Part shown: positions 44,899 through 54,354 of the stretch, in pieces
Position numbering within the stretch: the first letter of the stretch is position 1
Layout: every line of letters starts with the position of its first letter
From: an uncultured Actinomycetota bacterium
GTDB taxonomy: Bacteria; Actinomycetota; Actinomycetes; Frankiales; Frankiaceae
Assembly: GCA_963731205.1 (NCBI GenBank)
Contig: CAVSUJ010000001.1
Location: 1,160,719 to 1,224,718, forward strand
Direction of reading: 5' to 3'
DNA: 64,000 nt
Made by a program: the position numbers and the translations under genes
The notes under the pieces: generated by a model
The model's input: only the letters and a program-made list of their open reading frames with translations
Database searches by the model: none
Told to the model about the DNA's origin: nothing

Positions 44899-46011
44899 AT
44901 GAGCACGCTGACGCTGGAGCCTTTCACCGTCGCCGTACCCGACGCCGTGCTCGAGGACTTACGCGAGCGGCTGTCCCGTTCGAGGCTGCCCAACCAGATC
45001 ACGGGAATCGGATGGGAGCAGGGCACCGAGCGCGATTTCCTGGTGCAGCTGCTGGACTTCTGGCGTACCGGCTATGACTGGCGCGCCACCGAGGCGCGAG
45101 TCAACGCCATCCCGCAACTCGTGACCGAGGCCGCCGGACAACGGATCCACCTGCTGCACGCACGTTCGGAAAACCCTGACGCCATACCGCTCCTGGTGAC
45201 CCACGGCTGGCCGGGCTCGGTGATGGAGTTCCTCGACGTGATCGGGCCGCTGCGCGAGGACTTCCACGTCGTCGCGCCGTCGCTGCCGGGCTTCACGTTC
45301 TCCGGGGAGACGACGGAGCGCGGCTGGCACCCGCGGCGCATCGCCGTTGCCTTTGCCGATGTGATGGCCGCGCTGGGCTACGAACGCTACGGATTGCAGG
45401 GCGGCGACTGGGGTTCCATCGTCTCGGCCAACCTCGCCGACCTCTTTCCCGAACACGTCATCGGGCTGCATCTGAACATGGTGACGGCGCGGCCCATCCG
45501 TGACGCTCCGCTGACCGACGAGGAGAAGGTCGCGCTCGACCGCGCCCGCGAGTGGCGCCGTACCGGTGCCGGCTATCAGGAAATCCAGGGAACCCGGCCG
45601 CAATCGCTCGGGTACGGGCTGCAGGATTCGCCCGCCGGGCTGGCGGCATGGATCGTGGAGAAGTTCCGCGACTGGAGCGATGCCGACATCACCGAGGCCT
45701 TCACCTTTGATCGCCTGCTCGACAACATCACCGCGTACTGGGTCACCGGCACGGCGGCCTCGTCGCTGCGGATCTACTGGGAGATGCGCGAGAACGGTCG
45801 CGATGCCATCCCGCAGGGACGCATCGATGTGCCGACGGCGGTGGCGATGTTCCCTGGCGAGATCGTCTACCCGCCGCGCTCCTGGACCGAGGCACAGTTC
45901 AACGTGGTGCGCTGGTCGCATCCGGCCAAGGGCGGCCATTTCGCAGCCATGGAAGCGCCGCAGGAGTACGTCGCCGACGTCCGCGGGTTCTTCGGCGGGC
46001 TGTCACGCTGA
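44899..46011 (+). CDS. epoxide hydrolase (microsomal-EH-like, alpha/beta fold with EHN N-terminal domain)
   Basis: FTVAVPDAVLEDLRERLSRSRLP (EHN), the HGWPGS oxyanion motif, the GGDWGS nucleophile elbow, and C-terminal GGHFAAMEAP. Confidence 0.85.
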   Translation: MSTLTLEPFTVAVPDAVLEDLRERLSRSRLPNQITGIGWEQGTERDFLVQLLDFWRTGYDWRATEARVNAIPQLVTEAAGQRIHLLHARSENPDAIPLLVTHGWPGSVMEFLDVIGPLREDFHVVAPSLPGFTFSGETTERGWHPRRIAVAFADVMAALGYERYGLQGGDWGSIVSANLADLFPEHVIGLHLNMVTARPIRDAPLTDEEKVALDRAREWRRTGAGYQEIQGTRPQSLGYGLQDSPAGLAAWIVEKFRDWSDADITEAFTFDRLLDNITAYWVTGTAASSLRIYWEMRENGRDAIPQGRIDVPTAVAMFPGEIVYPPRSWTEAQFNVVRWSHPAKGGHFAAMEAPQEYVADVRGFFGGLSR

Positions 46012-46015
46012 CTGC

Positions 46016-46597
46016 TCAGGGCGTGCGGTAGCCGTCCCGGGTCAGCAGCCGGACGGGATCGGTACCGTCCCATTGCTCGCAAGTGCGGGCGATCGCGGCG
46101 ATGTGCTTGAGGAAGAGCGGCGAATGCTCGATCACCTCGACGTAGAAGCCGAAATCGGCGACGGTGTCGAAGTAGGCGACCCGCTGATCCGGTGTGATGA
46201 CCTCGCAGACCAGTTCATAGCCGAGTGAGGCGTAGTGCGCCGACTGGCCGTCATAGTCGGCCGTGACGGTGGCGAGCTGATGCATCAGGCTGCTGCCGGG
46301 AGCGGTCAGCTCGCGATAGACGCTCGGACGGTCGTCGTTCTGCTGGATCAGTTCGATCTGCACCGGGCCGGCCTGCGCGACGGCGACCTGCACGTCGAGT
46401 CCCGACGGTGCACCGCGGTAGGTGCACTCCACCTTGGCGCGCGGGAGGACATGGAACGGGCCGATACCGAACGTCTGCGCCCACTTCGCGGCGGAGGCGA
46501 GCAGGTCGTCGACGATGTAGCCCACCTGGAAGAAACGGAACTCGCCTTCGGGCCATGGCTGCTGGAACAGCGGGTGGGTGAGGTCAACGACGGACAC
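46016..46597 (-). CDS. VOC (glyoxalase/bleomycin-resistance/dioxygenase) family protein
   Basis: 193 aa with paired beta-alpha-beta-beta-beta modules (FFQVGYIVDDL...; LATVTADYDG..). This family call is made by eye only. Confidence 0.6.
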   Translation of the reverse strand: MSVVDLTHPLFQQPWPEGEFRFFQVGYIVDDLLASAAKWAQTFGIGPFHVLPRAKVECTYRGAPSGLDVQVAVAQAGPVQIELIQQNDDRPSVYRELTAPGSSLMHQLATVTADYDGQSAHYASLGYELVCEVITPDQRVAYFDTVADFGFYVEVIEHSPLFLKHIAAIARTCEQWDGTDPVRLLTRDGYRTP

Positions 46598-47489
46598 GGA
46601 TCAGCACCTCCTGCATCGCGGTGGCCACCAGCCGGCCCTCGGCATCGTGCATGGCGCCGCGCACCAGGCCCCGATCGCCGGAGATCGCCACCGTCTCCTG
46701 AGTGTGCAGCACCCACTCGTCGAAGCGGACGGGACGGTGAAACCACAGCGCGTGGTCCAGACTCGTCGAGGTGTACGCCGACGCGGGCAAGCCCAGCGGA
46801 TGGGCCCGAAAAGCCATGTCCAGCAGGAAATAGTCGCTGGCATACGCGAGCAGCGCGGTGTGCAGCAGTGGGTCGGAGCCCACCTCTCGCGGCACCCGCA
46901 TCCAGTGCGAGCGGGTGCCGCCGGCCGGCTCGCCGCCGAGGAAGCGCAGCGCTTCACCGAGCCGCATCTCGACCGGCGGCGGCTGCTGCACCCACCCCCG
47001 TTCCGCGGTGGGCCTGACCTCTGGTGGGCTCTGGTGCACCCATTTCTGCAGCAGTGGCAGCTGATCCGGGGCCGGGACGGAAGGCGGCGGATCGGCGAGC
47101 TGCGGGCTGACCGGGCTGGCGTGGAAGGACGCGAGCAGCACGAGAAGGTCGCGGCCCTCCTGCGTCACGCTCACCCGCCGCGCCGCCATCGAGCGACCGT
47201 CGCGTACCCGCTCGACCGCGAGCTCGAGCGCCGCCCCCGGCAGCCCGCCCTCGACGAAGTACGCGTGCAGCGAGTGCGGCGGCTTGCCTTCGACGGTCGC
47301 CGCTGCGGCCAGCAGCGCCTGGGCGACCAGCTGCCCGCCGAACAGCCGCCCGAACCGGTCCGGCTCGACCGCGACGGCGAACCGGTCGGCGCCGATCTCC
47401 TTCAGCACCAGGGCATCGAGCAGGCCGTCCAAAGCGGCGAGCGTCGCCTGCTCCAGCTCTGCGCCGCCGCCCTCCCCGTCCAGCGCCAT
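46584..47489 (-). CDS. tesB: acyl-CoA thioesterase II (double hotdog)
   Basis: LFGGQLVAQALLAAAATV...HSLHAYF and the C-terminal ALWFHRPVRFDEWVLH..G(R/L)V. Confidence 0.8.
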   Translation of the reverse strand: MALDGEGGGAELEQATLAALDGLLDALVLKEIGADRFAVAVEPDRFGRLFGGQLVAQALLAAAATVEGKPPHSLHAYFVEGGLPGAALELAVERVRDGRSMAARRVSVTQEGRDLLVLLASFHASPVSPQLADPPPSVPAPDQLPLLQKWVHQSPPEVRPTAERGWVQQPPPVEMRLGEALRFLGGEPAGGTRSHWMRVPREVGSDPLLHTALLAYASDYFLLDMAFRAHPLGLPASAYTSTSLDHALWFHRPVRFDEWVLHTQETVAISGDRGLVRGAMHDAEGRLVATAMQEVLIRVRR

Positions 47490-47497
47490 CCGGCGGG

Positions 47498-48703
47498 CTA
47501 CCAGATCCGCCGGAACTGGGCGCCTTCACGCCGGGCCTGCAGCTGCTCCTGCCGCTGCTCGGGTGTCACCACCGGAGTGTCAGCGGGCAGGTGGTCGCGG
47601 ACCTCGGCAACCGGAACCTTCTTGATGGTCGGGTCGGGGTAGTCCGTCGCACGGTTCCAGCGCATCTGGATGACCCCCCACGGGTAGTCGCCCTTGTCGA
47701 GCCAGTTGGGCACGCCCGGGTCGCGATGGGAGATGACGGCGCGGAACTTGCCGTCGCTGTCGATGTGCACCTGCGCGTCGTTCAGGCTGGACTGGCGGTT
47801 GACCCAGTCCAGCGTGCAGAACCGGTCGTCCGCCACAAGTGCCTGCCAGTAACGGCATTTCTGGGGCAGCTCGGTCTCGAGGATGAGCGCCTCGTCATCG
47901 GTGATCTCGTGGATGCCGTCGTAGTACGCCTGGGTCGGCAGCCCGCCCATGTCGTCGATCTTCGACGAGCGCAGGAAGGTGTTCACGCCGTGGTGTTCGC
48001 GGTAGTAGCGCACCAGCTGCATGTCGAACTTGATCATGCCTTCGATCCACGCCGCCAGGTCGCCGAAGCGCCGGGCGATCTCCTCCGGCGTCATGTCCTG
48101 CCCGCCGCCATCGACCCGTTCGATGGCGACCCGCGCGTCGACCTCGTTCGTCCAGTCGCAGGCGCAGCGGCGCATCAGCAGCCGGCGCGCGCCCGGGTTC
48201 AGCTCCCACCAGTCGCCGTCATGCCCCTCCGGACGCGAGCCGCTCAGCACGACGCTGAAGTAGCCGCGCTCGTCCATCTTCAGGTCATCGAGATCGTGCG
48301 TGATGTTGAGGTTGGTGCCGCCGCCCATGTCGTCCGGGTTGAGCATGTCGAACGCCTGCTGCGTGATGTCGACGAAGCGTGACGTGCCGCGAAAGCCGGA
48401 GATCCGGTAGACGCCGGAGGAGTCGATTTCTGCGGTGGAATAGACGTAATCGGGGTCGGGACCACCCTGGTTCATGGCGTAGTTCCAGAGCGGCATGAAG
48501 ACCGGCCGCCGGGTGTCGGGATAGACCCGGCACAGGTAACCTTCGGCCAGAATCGAGAGCGCCAGCTTGTTCATGTCCTGGACCTCGGCTGCTGTGGCCC
48601 CGTCGGGACGCCACACCGCCAGCAGGTTGTCGCCGACGGCCTCCAGCGCCTTCATCTGGTCGGCCCAGCTCGGCAGTGCCGGGGCTTCACCCATGTCGGC
48701 CAT
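47498..48703 (-). CDS. conserved hypothetical protein (401 aa), possibly DUF1214-like
   Basis: Clean 401-aa ORF with coding-like composition, sitting between the sulfotransferase and tesB genes. I cannot see a catalytic motif; the GGPDPDYVY segment is reminiscent of DUF1214. Confidence 0.6.
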   Translation of the reverse strand: MADMGEAPALPSWADQMKALEAVGDNLLAVWRPDGATAAEVQDMNKLALSILAEGYLCRVYPDTRRPVFMPLWNYAMNQGGPDPDYVYSTAEIDSSGVYRISGFRGTSRFVDITQQAFDMLNPDDMGGGTNLNITHDLDDLKMDERGYFSVVLSGSRPEGHDGDWWELNPGARRLLMRRCACDWTNEVDARVAIERVDGGGQDMTPEEIARRFGDLAAWIEGMIKFDMQLVRYYREHHGVNTFLRSSKIDDMGGLPTQAYYDGIHEITDDEALILETELPQKCRYWQALVADDRFCTLDWVNRQSSLNDAQVHIDSDGKFRAVISHRDPGVPNWLDKGDYPWGVIQMRWNRATDYPDPTIKKVPVAEVRDHLPADTPVVTPEQRQEQLQARREGAQFRRIW

Positions 48704-48730
48704 GTCTTTGCCTTCCTGTCGCGAGCGGGA

Positions 48731-49873
48731 TCACTTTTCGATGGCCACGTCGTAGTGGCGGATGTATTCGGCGTAGTCGTCGTGCAGCTGCGCCGTGCTG
48801 AGACCGAATTGCTCGGCGGTGTAGACGTGATTGCCGTGCTTGCCCGAGCGGTTGACGCGGGTCCACTCCTGCATCGCCTGCTCGACATCGGGTTGGAGCT
48901 CGAGGTCCAGAAACGCGTAGATCCGCCGGAGCACGCCCATCGGATCAGCAATGAATTCGGGATGGTGGACGTCGAAGAAGCGGTCCTCACCGATCCGTGC
49001 TCGGGCAGCCATCCCGTTCTGCACGCCCACCAGCAGGTGGGCCGACACCTCGCGTCCCAGCCGATGCAGGTCGCGTTCCACCCGCGGCGGCGGGAAGACC
49101 GCCGACACCAGGCTGGACCACGAGGGGATCGCTTTGGCTGGATCCCGGTGCGTCATGACGAAACGGGTACCCGGATAGGCCGCGGCGACGGCTTCGAGGT
49201 GGAAGTTGTGATGGGGAGCCTTGAACAGCCAGAGGTTGGGCGGGCGCTGCGACTGCAGGAGTTTCAGCACCCGGCGGTGGTAGGCATAGCCCTGCATCAT
49301 GTCGTCGCGGCGCCACCACGCGTGGTAGCCGTAGACCGGCAGGGTGAAGTGCTGGCCCTTGAAGGCCATGCCCAGCACTTCGGTGTCTTCCATGGTGGCG
49401 TTGACGTCATACAGATGCATGGTCTTGAGCTCGGCCGGGAGTTCCTCGTCCTCCTTGATGGCCTGCAGGCGGCGCGGATCCTGCAGCTCATCCTCGATGC
49501 GCGGCGGCGGCACGGGCTTGCCCTGCTCCCAGCCGCGAAGCGATCGGAACTGAGGGTCCAGCGACAGCGCGTTCGCCAGTGCGGTGGTGCCGGTGCGCGG
49601 CAGGCCGTTGATGTCCACCGGCCCGGGTACGGCAAGCTCCTCGATCTCGGGATGCTTGGCATACCAGGCCTCGACCTCGAGCCGGTTGGTCAGTCGGCGC
49701 CGTAGATCGCCGAGCACCTTCTCGTTGCCTTCGGGCGAGAAATCACAGTCGCTGTTGAGGCTTTCCAGCAGAACGGTGAGCCCCTCACGGAAATCGTGCG
49801 GCCCGAAGTCCGACAGCCCGGCGGCTTCCGACACCTCGGCCAGGAGCGCGTCAGGGTCAGGAAAGGCCGCCAT
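48731..49873 (-). CDS. sulfotransferase family protein (mycobacterial Stf1-3-like size class)
   Basis: ATG 49873 lies 1 nt after the upstream stop. PAPS 5'-phosphosulfate-binding motif GLPRTGTT, and a 3'-phosphate region FVMTHRDPAKAIPS. Confidence 0.8.
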   Translation of the reverse strand: MAAFPDPDALLAEVSEAAGLSDFGPHDFREGLTVLLESLNSDCDFSPEGNEKVLGDLRRRLTNRLEVEAWYAKHPEIEELAVPGPVDINGLPRTGTTALANALSLDPQFRSLRGWEQGKPVPPPRIEDELQDPRRLQAIKEDEELPAELKTMHLYDVNATMEDTEVLGMAFKGQHFTLPVYGYHAWWRRDDMMQGYAYHRRVLKLLQSQRPPNLWLFKAPHHNFHLEAVAAAYPGTRFVMTHRDPAKAIPSWSSLVSAVFPPPRVERDLHRLGREVSAHLLVGVQNGMAARARIGEDRFFDVHHPEFIADPMGVLRRIYAFLDLELQPDVEQAMQEWTRVNRSGKHGNHVYTAEQFGLSTAQLHDDYAEYIRHYDVAIEK

Positions 49874-49874
49874 G

Positions 49875-50807
49875 TCAGTTGCTCCCCGACGTGCTGACAA
49901 GGCGCTCGGGATAGAAGTGCTCGGCCATGCGCCGGAAGCCGTCACGCCAGCCGACCCGGCACGGCCCGGTGATGGCCTGGCGCATGGTGACGTCTCCCAC
50001 CGAGCCGATCGACGCTCCCGGGATCGGCTGCACGTCGACACTCGCCGAAACGCCCAGCAGCTCCCCGAAGTACGCGGTCCACTGCTGCACGCTGACCACC
50101 TCATCGCCGCACCAGTTCACGATCGTCGCCGGCACCGTCGCCGCGTCGAGCAAGGCCTCGACCTGATCGCAGATGTCGTCTTCGTGGATGGGCGCGTACG
50201 GCAGCGGATCCCACCGCGCCGTGACCGGCTGGCCGGCCGCGACGGCGTCGAGGTTCCACGCCGGCAGCCCGCCGGTGTCGCCGTACGCCGCCCCCATCCG
50301 CGCGATGACGACCGGCAGGTTGAAGGAACGGGCGCAGTAACGGGCCACCGCCTCCCCCGCGATCTTCGAGACCGAGTACGGCAGCTGCGAAGGAAGCATC
50401 ACGTCGCCGAGCTGATCGTCCTCACGGAACGCATGCCACGGATCGGGATGTGGCTTGTAGACGCTGAGCGTCGACATGACGAGAGCCGCCTTGGCTCGGC
50501 GGCAGTGCTCGAGGACGAAGCCGGTGCCCTCGGCGTTGACGCGGATCGCCCGGTCGTAGTCGTCGGCGCTGAAGTCGGCGGCGATGTGAAGCAGGTAGGT
50601 GAAATCCGTGGGCAGGTCGCCGAACTCGTTGGTGGACAGGTCGAGGGCGCGCGTCGTCACGCCGAGCGCCTCCACCTGCTCGCGGGTGGCAGGGTCGCTG
50701 AAGCGGGCGATCCCCCACACCTCGTTGTCGGTGGCCAGCGAGCGCGCCAGGCCGAGCGCGATCCGCCCTGCCGGCCCGGTGATCAGCACCTTCTCGCCGC
50801 GCAACAT
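49875..50807 (-). CDS. NAD-dependent epimerase/dehydratase (extended SDR)
   Basis: ITGPAGRIALGL (GxxGxxG) and YSVSK (YxxxK); 310 aa. Confidence 0.8.
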   Translation of the reverse strand: MLRGEKVLITGPAGRIALGLARSLATDNEVWGIARFSDPATREQVEALGVTTRALDLSTNEFGDLPTDFTYLLHIAADFSADDYDRAIRVNAEGTGFVLEHCRRAKAALVMSTLSVYKPHPDPWHAFREDDQLGDVMLPSQLPYSVSKIAGEAVARYCARSFNLPVVIARMGAAYGDTGGLPAWNLDAVAAGQPVTARWDPLPYAPIHEDDICDQVEALLDAATVPATIVNWCGDEVVSVQQWTAYFGELLGVSASVDVQPIPGASIGSVGDVTMRQAITGPCRVGWRDGFRRMAEHFYPERLVSTSGSN

Positions 50808-50906
50808 CCGGCAGGCCTCCCGTCCCCGTCATGCGAGCTCATCCGAGCTCAACCACCGTATTCACTGCGTTCGTCGCCCCCGACGCCGCCCCGTACCATT
50901 CCCGTG

Positions 50907-51953
50907 ATGGATGGCTCGATCCACGACATGCGTCCCAGCGAGATCGGCCAGGAGTTCGCGGGCCTGCCGATGCCGCGCAAGCTCGAGATACTGACCGATC
51001 AGACCCGCCGGCCACAGCAGATGACCGGCCACAAGCGCTTCCCGTTCCCGGTGCCGAACGGCTGGTTCGTCGTCGCCCGCGCTGACGAACTCGCGCCGGG
51101 CGAGGTGATGCCGCTGTACTACTTCGGCCGCCATCTGGTGCTGTTTCGCACCGAGAGCGGTGTCCCGAGCCTGTTCGACGCGCACTGCCCACACCTTGGC
51201 GCCCATCTCGGAATCGGCGGCCGGGTCGAAGGCGAATCGATCCGCTGCCCCTTCCACGGCTGGCGCTACGCCGGCCCCAGCGGCACCTGCGTCGAGGTCC
51301 CGTACGACGACGTCGACTTCATCCCCAAGACCGCCAACGCCCGCGCGTATCCCACCATCGAGCGCAACCAGATGATCTGGGCGTGGCATCACCTCGAAGG
51401 CGAGCCGCCGGCGTATGACGTGCCGGTGGTCTCCGAGATCGGCGACCCGGAGTGGTCCGACATCGTGGTGCGCGAATTCCCGATCGCCACCTGCTGTCAG
51501 GAGATGACCGAGAACAACGTCGACACCGTGCACTTCAAGTACGTCCACGGCAGCCCGGCCGTCCCTGAGGAGGAGTTCCTCATCGACGGGCACTACAAGC
51601 GCTCCGTCGGCCAGGGCGGCAATTTCGTCCGCGAGGGCTACGGCCTCGGACTCGGCGTCCTGCGCTTGAAGAACTGGGTCACGTTCATCTCCAGCACCAC
51701 CCCGGTCGACGAGGAAAACGTCATCGTGCGCTGGATTTTCACCGCGCCGAAGGCAGCCGGTGAGGGTGAGGCCGAGAAGGCCGCCAAGGTCTTCACCGCG
51801 GCCGTCACCCAGGACATCCCGATCTGGGAGAACAAGATCTTCAAGAACCCGCCGGTGCTTCGGCCCATGGAGAAGGCCATCACCGAAACGCGGCGCTGGT
51901 GCCGCCAGTTCTACTCCTACATCGACGAGACACATCCCGGGCTGCGGAGCTGA
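50907..51953 (+). CDS. Rieske [2Fe-2S] non-heme-iron oxygenase, KshA/PAO-like
   Basis: ATG 50907. The 5' part of the 789-aa track ORF is antisense to the two upstream genes. Rieske motif CPHLGAHL...CPFHGW and iron motif NNVDTVHFKYVHG. Confidence 0.85.
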   Translation: MDGSIHDMRPSEIGQEFAGLPMPRKLEILTDQTRRPQQMTGHKRFPFPVPNGWFVVARADELAPGEVMPLYYFGRHLVLFRTESGVPSLFDAHCPHLGAHLGIGGRVEGESIRCPFHGWRYAGPSGTCVEVPYDDVDFIPKTANARAYPTIERNQMIWAWHHLEGEPPAYDVPVVSEIGDPEWSDIVVREFPIATCCQEMTENNVDTVHFKYVHGSPAVPEEEFLIDGHYKRSVGQGGNFVREGYGLGLGVLRLKNWVTFISSTTPVDEENVIVRWIFTAPKAAGEGEAEKAAKVFTAAVTQDIPIWENKIFKNPPVLRPMEKAITETRRWCRQFYSYIDETHPGLRS

Positions 51954-51973
51954 CACCCGGTATTCACCCGCAG

Positions 51974-52255
51974 CTACTCGGTGGGATCACCGGCGGTGAA
52001 GCCCTCGATCTGTGACGCCGCAGCATCGGTCGCGGCCCATTCGGGATCCTGGTCGGTGCCGAGGTTCTCCCGGATGTGCCCCGGGAAGAGCGCGAAGTAG
52101 GCCTCGTCGGCTTGCTTGGCTCTCGCCAGCACCGGCGCGAACTCCGGATGCGAATGCCCGAGCGGAAGTGCCTCGCGCAGCCGATGGTGCGCGGCGAGCA
52201 ACTCGGTGCGGGCAGCTTGCAGCTGCGGGGTCAGGTACCAATCGTCAACCGCCAT
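51974..52255 (-). CDS. small hypothetical protein (93 aa)
   Basis: ATG 52255 (MAVDDWYLTPQLQAARTELLAAHHRL...). The composition looks coding and I recognise no family. Confidence 0.45.
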   Translation of the reverse strand: MAVDDWYLTPQLQAARTELLAAHHRLREALPLGHSHPEFAPVLARAKQADEAYFALFPGHIRENLGTDQDPEWAATDAAASQIEGFTAGDPTE

Positions 52256-52315
52256 GGTCGCGAACGTTAGACCCCGCCGAAGATCTCGGCCAGTCCGTCT
52301 CGGTACGGTGCGGCC

Positions 52316-53053
52316 ATGGGACGAGACGGCAGACTCGAGGGCAAGGTCGCCATCATCACCGGAGCCGCGCGCGGCCAGGGCGCCGCACACGCGCGTCATT
52401 TCATCGCCGAAGGAGCGTCGGTACTGCTGGCCGACGTGCTCGATGAGGACGGTGCGAGTGTCGCCGGCGAGCTCGGCTCCCAAGCCGCGTACCGGCGGGT
52501 CGACGTCAGCTCACAGGCCGATTGGTCCGCGGCGATTGCCGAGGCGGCGGACCGCTTCGGCGGCGTCGACATTCTCATCAACAATGCGGCGATCCATCAC
52601 ATCAAGGCCTTGGAGCACGAGAGCGAGGAGGTCTTCGAACGCTTCCTTCGCGTCAACCTCATCGGCGCGTTCCTCGGCATCCAGACCGTCATCCCGGCGA
52701 TGCGCGCCCGCGGCGGCGGCTCGATCGTCAACGTCTCCTCGACCGCCGGTATGCGCGGCTACTTCGGCCACGGGGCCTATGCGGCGTCGAAGTGGGGGCT
52801 GCGCGGGCTGACGAAGGTGGCGGCGATCGAGCTGGGGCCCGACAAGATCCGGGTGAACTCCGTACATCCCGGGCCGATCCGCACCGACATGATGCCGCAG
52901 GACGAGGCGAGCCTCGAACGCTTCCGCGGGCTGCCGCTCGGACGCCACGGCGAGCCCGAGGAAGTCTCCGAGCTCGTCTGCTTTCTCGCGTCCGACGCTG
53001 CCTCGTTCATCACCGGCCAGGAGCACATCATCGACGGCGGCTCTACCGCCTGA
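52316..53053 (+). CDS. SDR family oxidoreductase (classical; 3alpha/20beta-HSD-like)
   Basis: TGAARGQG (TGxxxGxG), NNAA, and S...YAASK (YxxxK). Confidence 0.85.
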   Translation: MGRDGRLEGKVAIITGAARGQGAAHARHFIAEGASVLLADVLDEDGASVAGELGSQAAYRRVDVSSQADWSAAIAEAADRFGGVDILINNAAIHHIKALEHESEEVFERFLRVNLIGAFLGIQTVIPAMRARGGGSIVNVSSTAGMRGYFGHGAYAASKWGLRGLTKVAAIELGPDKIRVNSVHPGPIRTDMMPQDEASLERFRGLPLGRHGEPEEVSELVCFLASDAASFITGQEHIIDGGSTA

Positions 53054-53078
53054 CGAGACGAATCCCGGAACGCACCTC

Positions 53079-53134
53079 ACACGCAATGCGGTGTGGTCAG
53101 GGGCTGGGCCCGGCTGGCACAGCGCATTGCGTGT
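53079..53134. terminator. long hairpin between convergent genes (candidate bidirectional terminator)
   Basis: ACACGCAATGCG (53079-53090) pairs perfectly with CGCATTGCGTGT (53123-53134). The 32-nt GC-rich interior is partly self-pairing. Confidence 0.4.
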
Positions 53135-53165
53135 CCCTGTGAGCTGCGCTGCGCGCCGAGTTAGG

Positions 53166-54077
53166 TCAGATCCGATTCGACCCGAGATAGGTGGCCCCGA
53201 AGTCCTCCACGAACGCAAGGGTTTCGGCTTCGGTCGAGAAGTCCCATGCGAACGAAACCCAGGTCGCCCCGATCTCCGCGATGCGGCCCAGCGCGTCGCG
53301 GTGCCGCTCGACCTCGACGCCTGATTTCAGGATCGAATCGTCGGTGTAGAGCACCATCACGTCGAGCTGCTCGGCGCGCTCCCCCGCCTGCTCCTTCAGA
53401 TCGCGTACCGCCGCGGCGATGTCGTCGAGCCCGGAGAAGTGGGCCGTGCGCGTGGTGGTCGCCATCTCGGGCGGACCGCTCATCGGCATCCAGCCATGGG
53501 CCTTCGTGGCGACCCGGCGGCGGGTGATCTTCGCGTTGCCCCCGATCCAGATGGGGATGGTGCGACCCTTCGGCGACGGCCTGGCGATGATGTCGCGGGC
53601 GTCGAAATGCTTGCCGCTGTAGCTGAATCGCTCGCCGCTCCAGTGCATCGGCAGCACTTCGAGCGCCTCGTCCATCAGGTCGTTGCGTTCGTTGAAGTCG
53701 ACGCCTAGGGAGAAGAACTCCGTCTTCAGATAGCCGGTACCGAGACCGAGGATGAAGCGGCCGCCCGAAATCATGTCGACGCTCGCCGCGGCCTTCGCCA
53801 GCAGCAGCGGGTTGCGATACGGCGCCACCGACAGGTAGGTCAGCAGCTTCAGGCGCTCGGTCACGGCAGCCGCGGCGGCGAGCGCCACGAACGGGTCCAG
53901 GGTCTGGTGACCGCCGCCCTCCGCGAGCCAGCGATAGCCGGGCGCCGGGTGCTCGGTGAACGCCACGCCGTCCCAGTCCGCGGCCTCGAGTGCCCGGGCG
54001 ACGGTCAGCACCCCGCCCGCGTCGAAGAGGTCACGCTCGATGCCGATCGGCTCGGGATGCTGCATCAGATATTTCAC
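53166..54077 (-). CDS. LLM-class (luciferase-like) flavin/F420-dependent oxidoreductase
   Basis: 303 aa. WDGVAFTEHP, LGLGTGY and IWIGG match the TIM-barrel LLM pattern. Confidence 0.8.
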   Translation of the reverse strand: MKYLMQHPEPIGIERDLFDAGGVLTVARALEAADWDGVAFTEHPAPGYRWLAEGGGHQTLDPFVALAAAAAVTERLKLLTYLSVAPYRNPLLLAKAAASVDMISGGRFILGLGTGYLKTEFFSLGVDFNERNDLMDEALEVLPMHWSGERFSYSGKHFDARDIIARPSPKGRTIPIWIGGNAKITRRRVATKAHGWMPMSGPPEMATTTRTAHFSGLDDIAAAVRDLKEQAGERAEQLDVMVLYTDDSILKSGVEVERHRDALGRIAEIGATWVSFAWDFSTEAETLAFVEDFGATYLGSNRI

Positions 54078-54157
54078 GCGCCCAGCTTCACATATCGGCA
54101 GGGGTGCATCATCCAGGGACCAGCAGTATCCGCCGACGCGAGTGGAAACGAGGACCG

Positions 54158-54328
54158 ATGGCGACGTACAAGATCGTCTACGGCGACAGCGAGCAGGTCG
54201 TCCGCGAGACCTACGACAATGTCGACGACCTGCAGCGCGAAGACGGCTGGCTCGTCCTCTTCCGCGGCGACGAGGCGATCCTGCGGGTGCAGGAGGCTCA
54301 CGTGCAGTCGGTCGAAGAGGTCAGCTGA
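54158..54328 (+). CDS. small hypothetical protein (56 aa)
   Basis: ATG 54158 is preceded by GGAAACGAGGA. The sequence is MATYKIVYGDSEQVVRETYDNVDDLQREDGWLVLFRGDEAILRVQEAHVQSVEEVS. Confidence 0.5.
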   Translation: MATYKIVYGDSEQVVRETYDNVDDLQREDGWLVLFRGDEAILRVQEAHVQSVEEVS

Positions 54329-54354
54329 CGCTGCGAGTGTCGGGACCGCGGCTG

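Noticed and set aside
49584-50906. 5' 441 codons of the 789-aa track ORF that ends as the Rieske oxygenase
   Set aside because: This part is antisense to the sulfotransferase and epimerase genes and is Arg/Pro-rich. The genuine protein starts at ATG 50907 (MDGSIHDMRPSEIG...).
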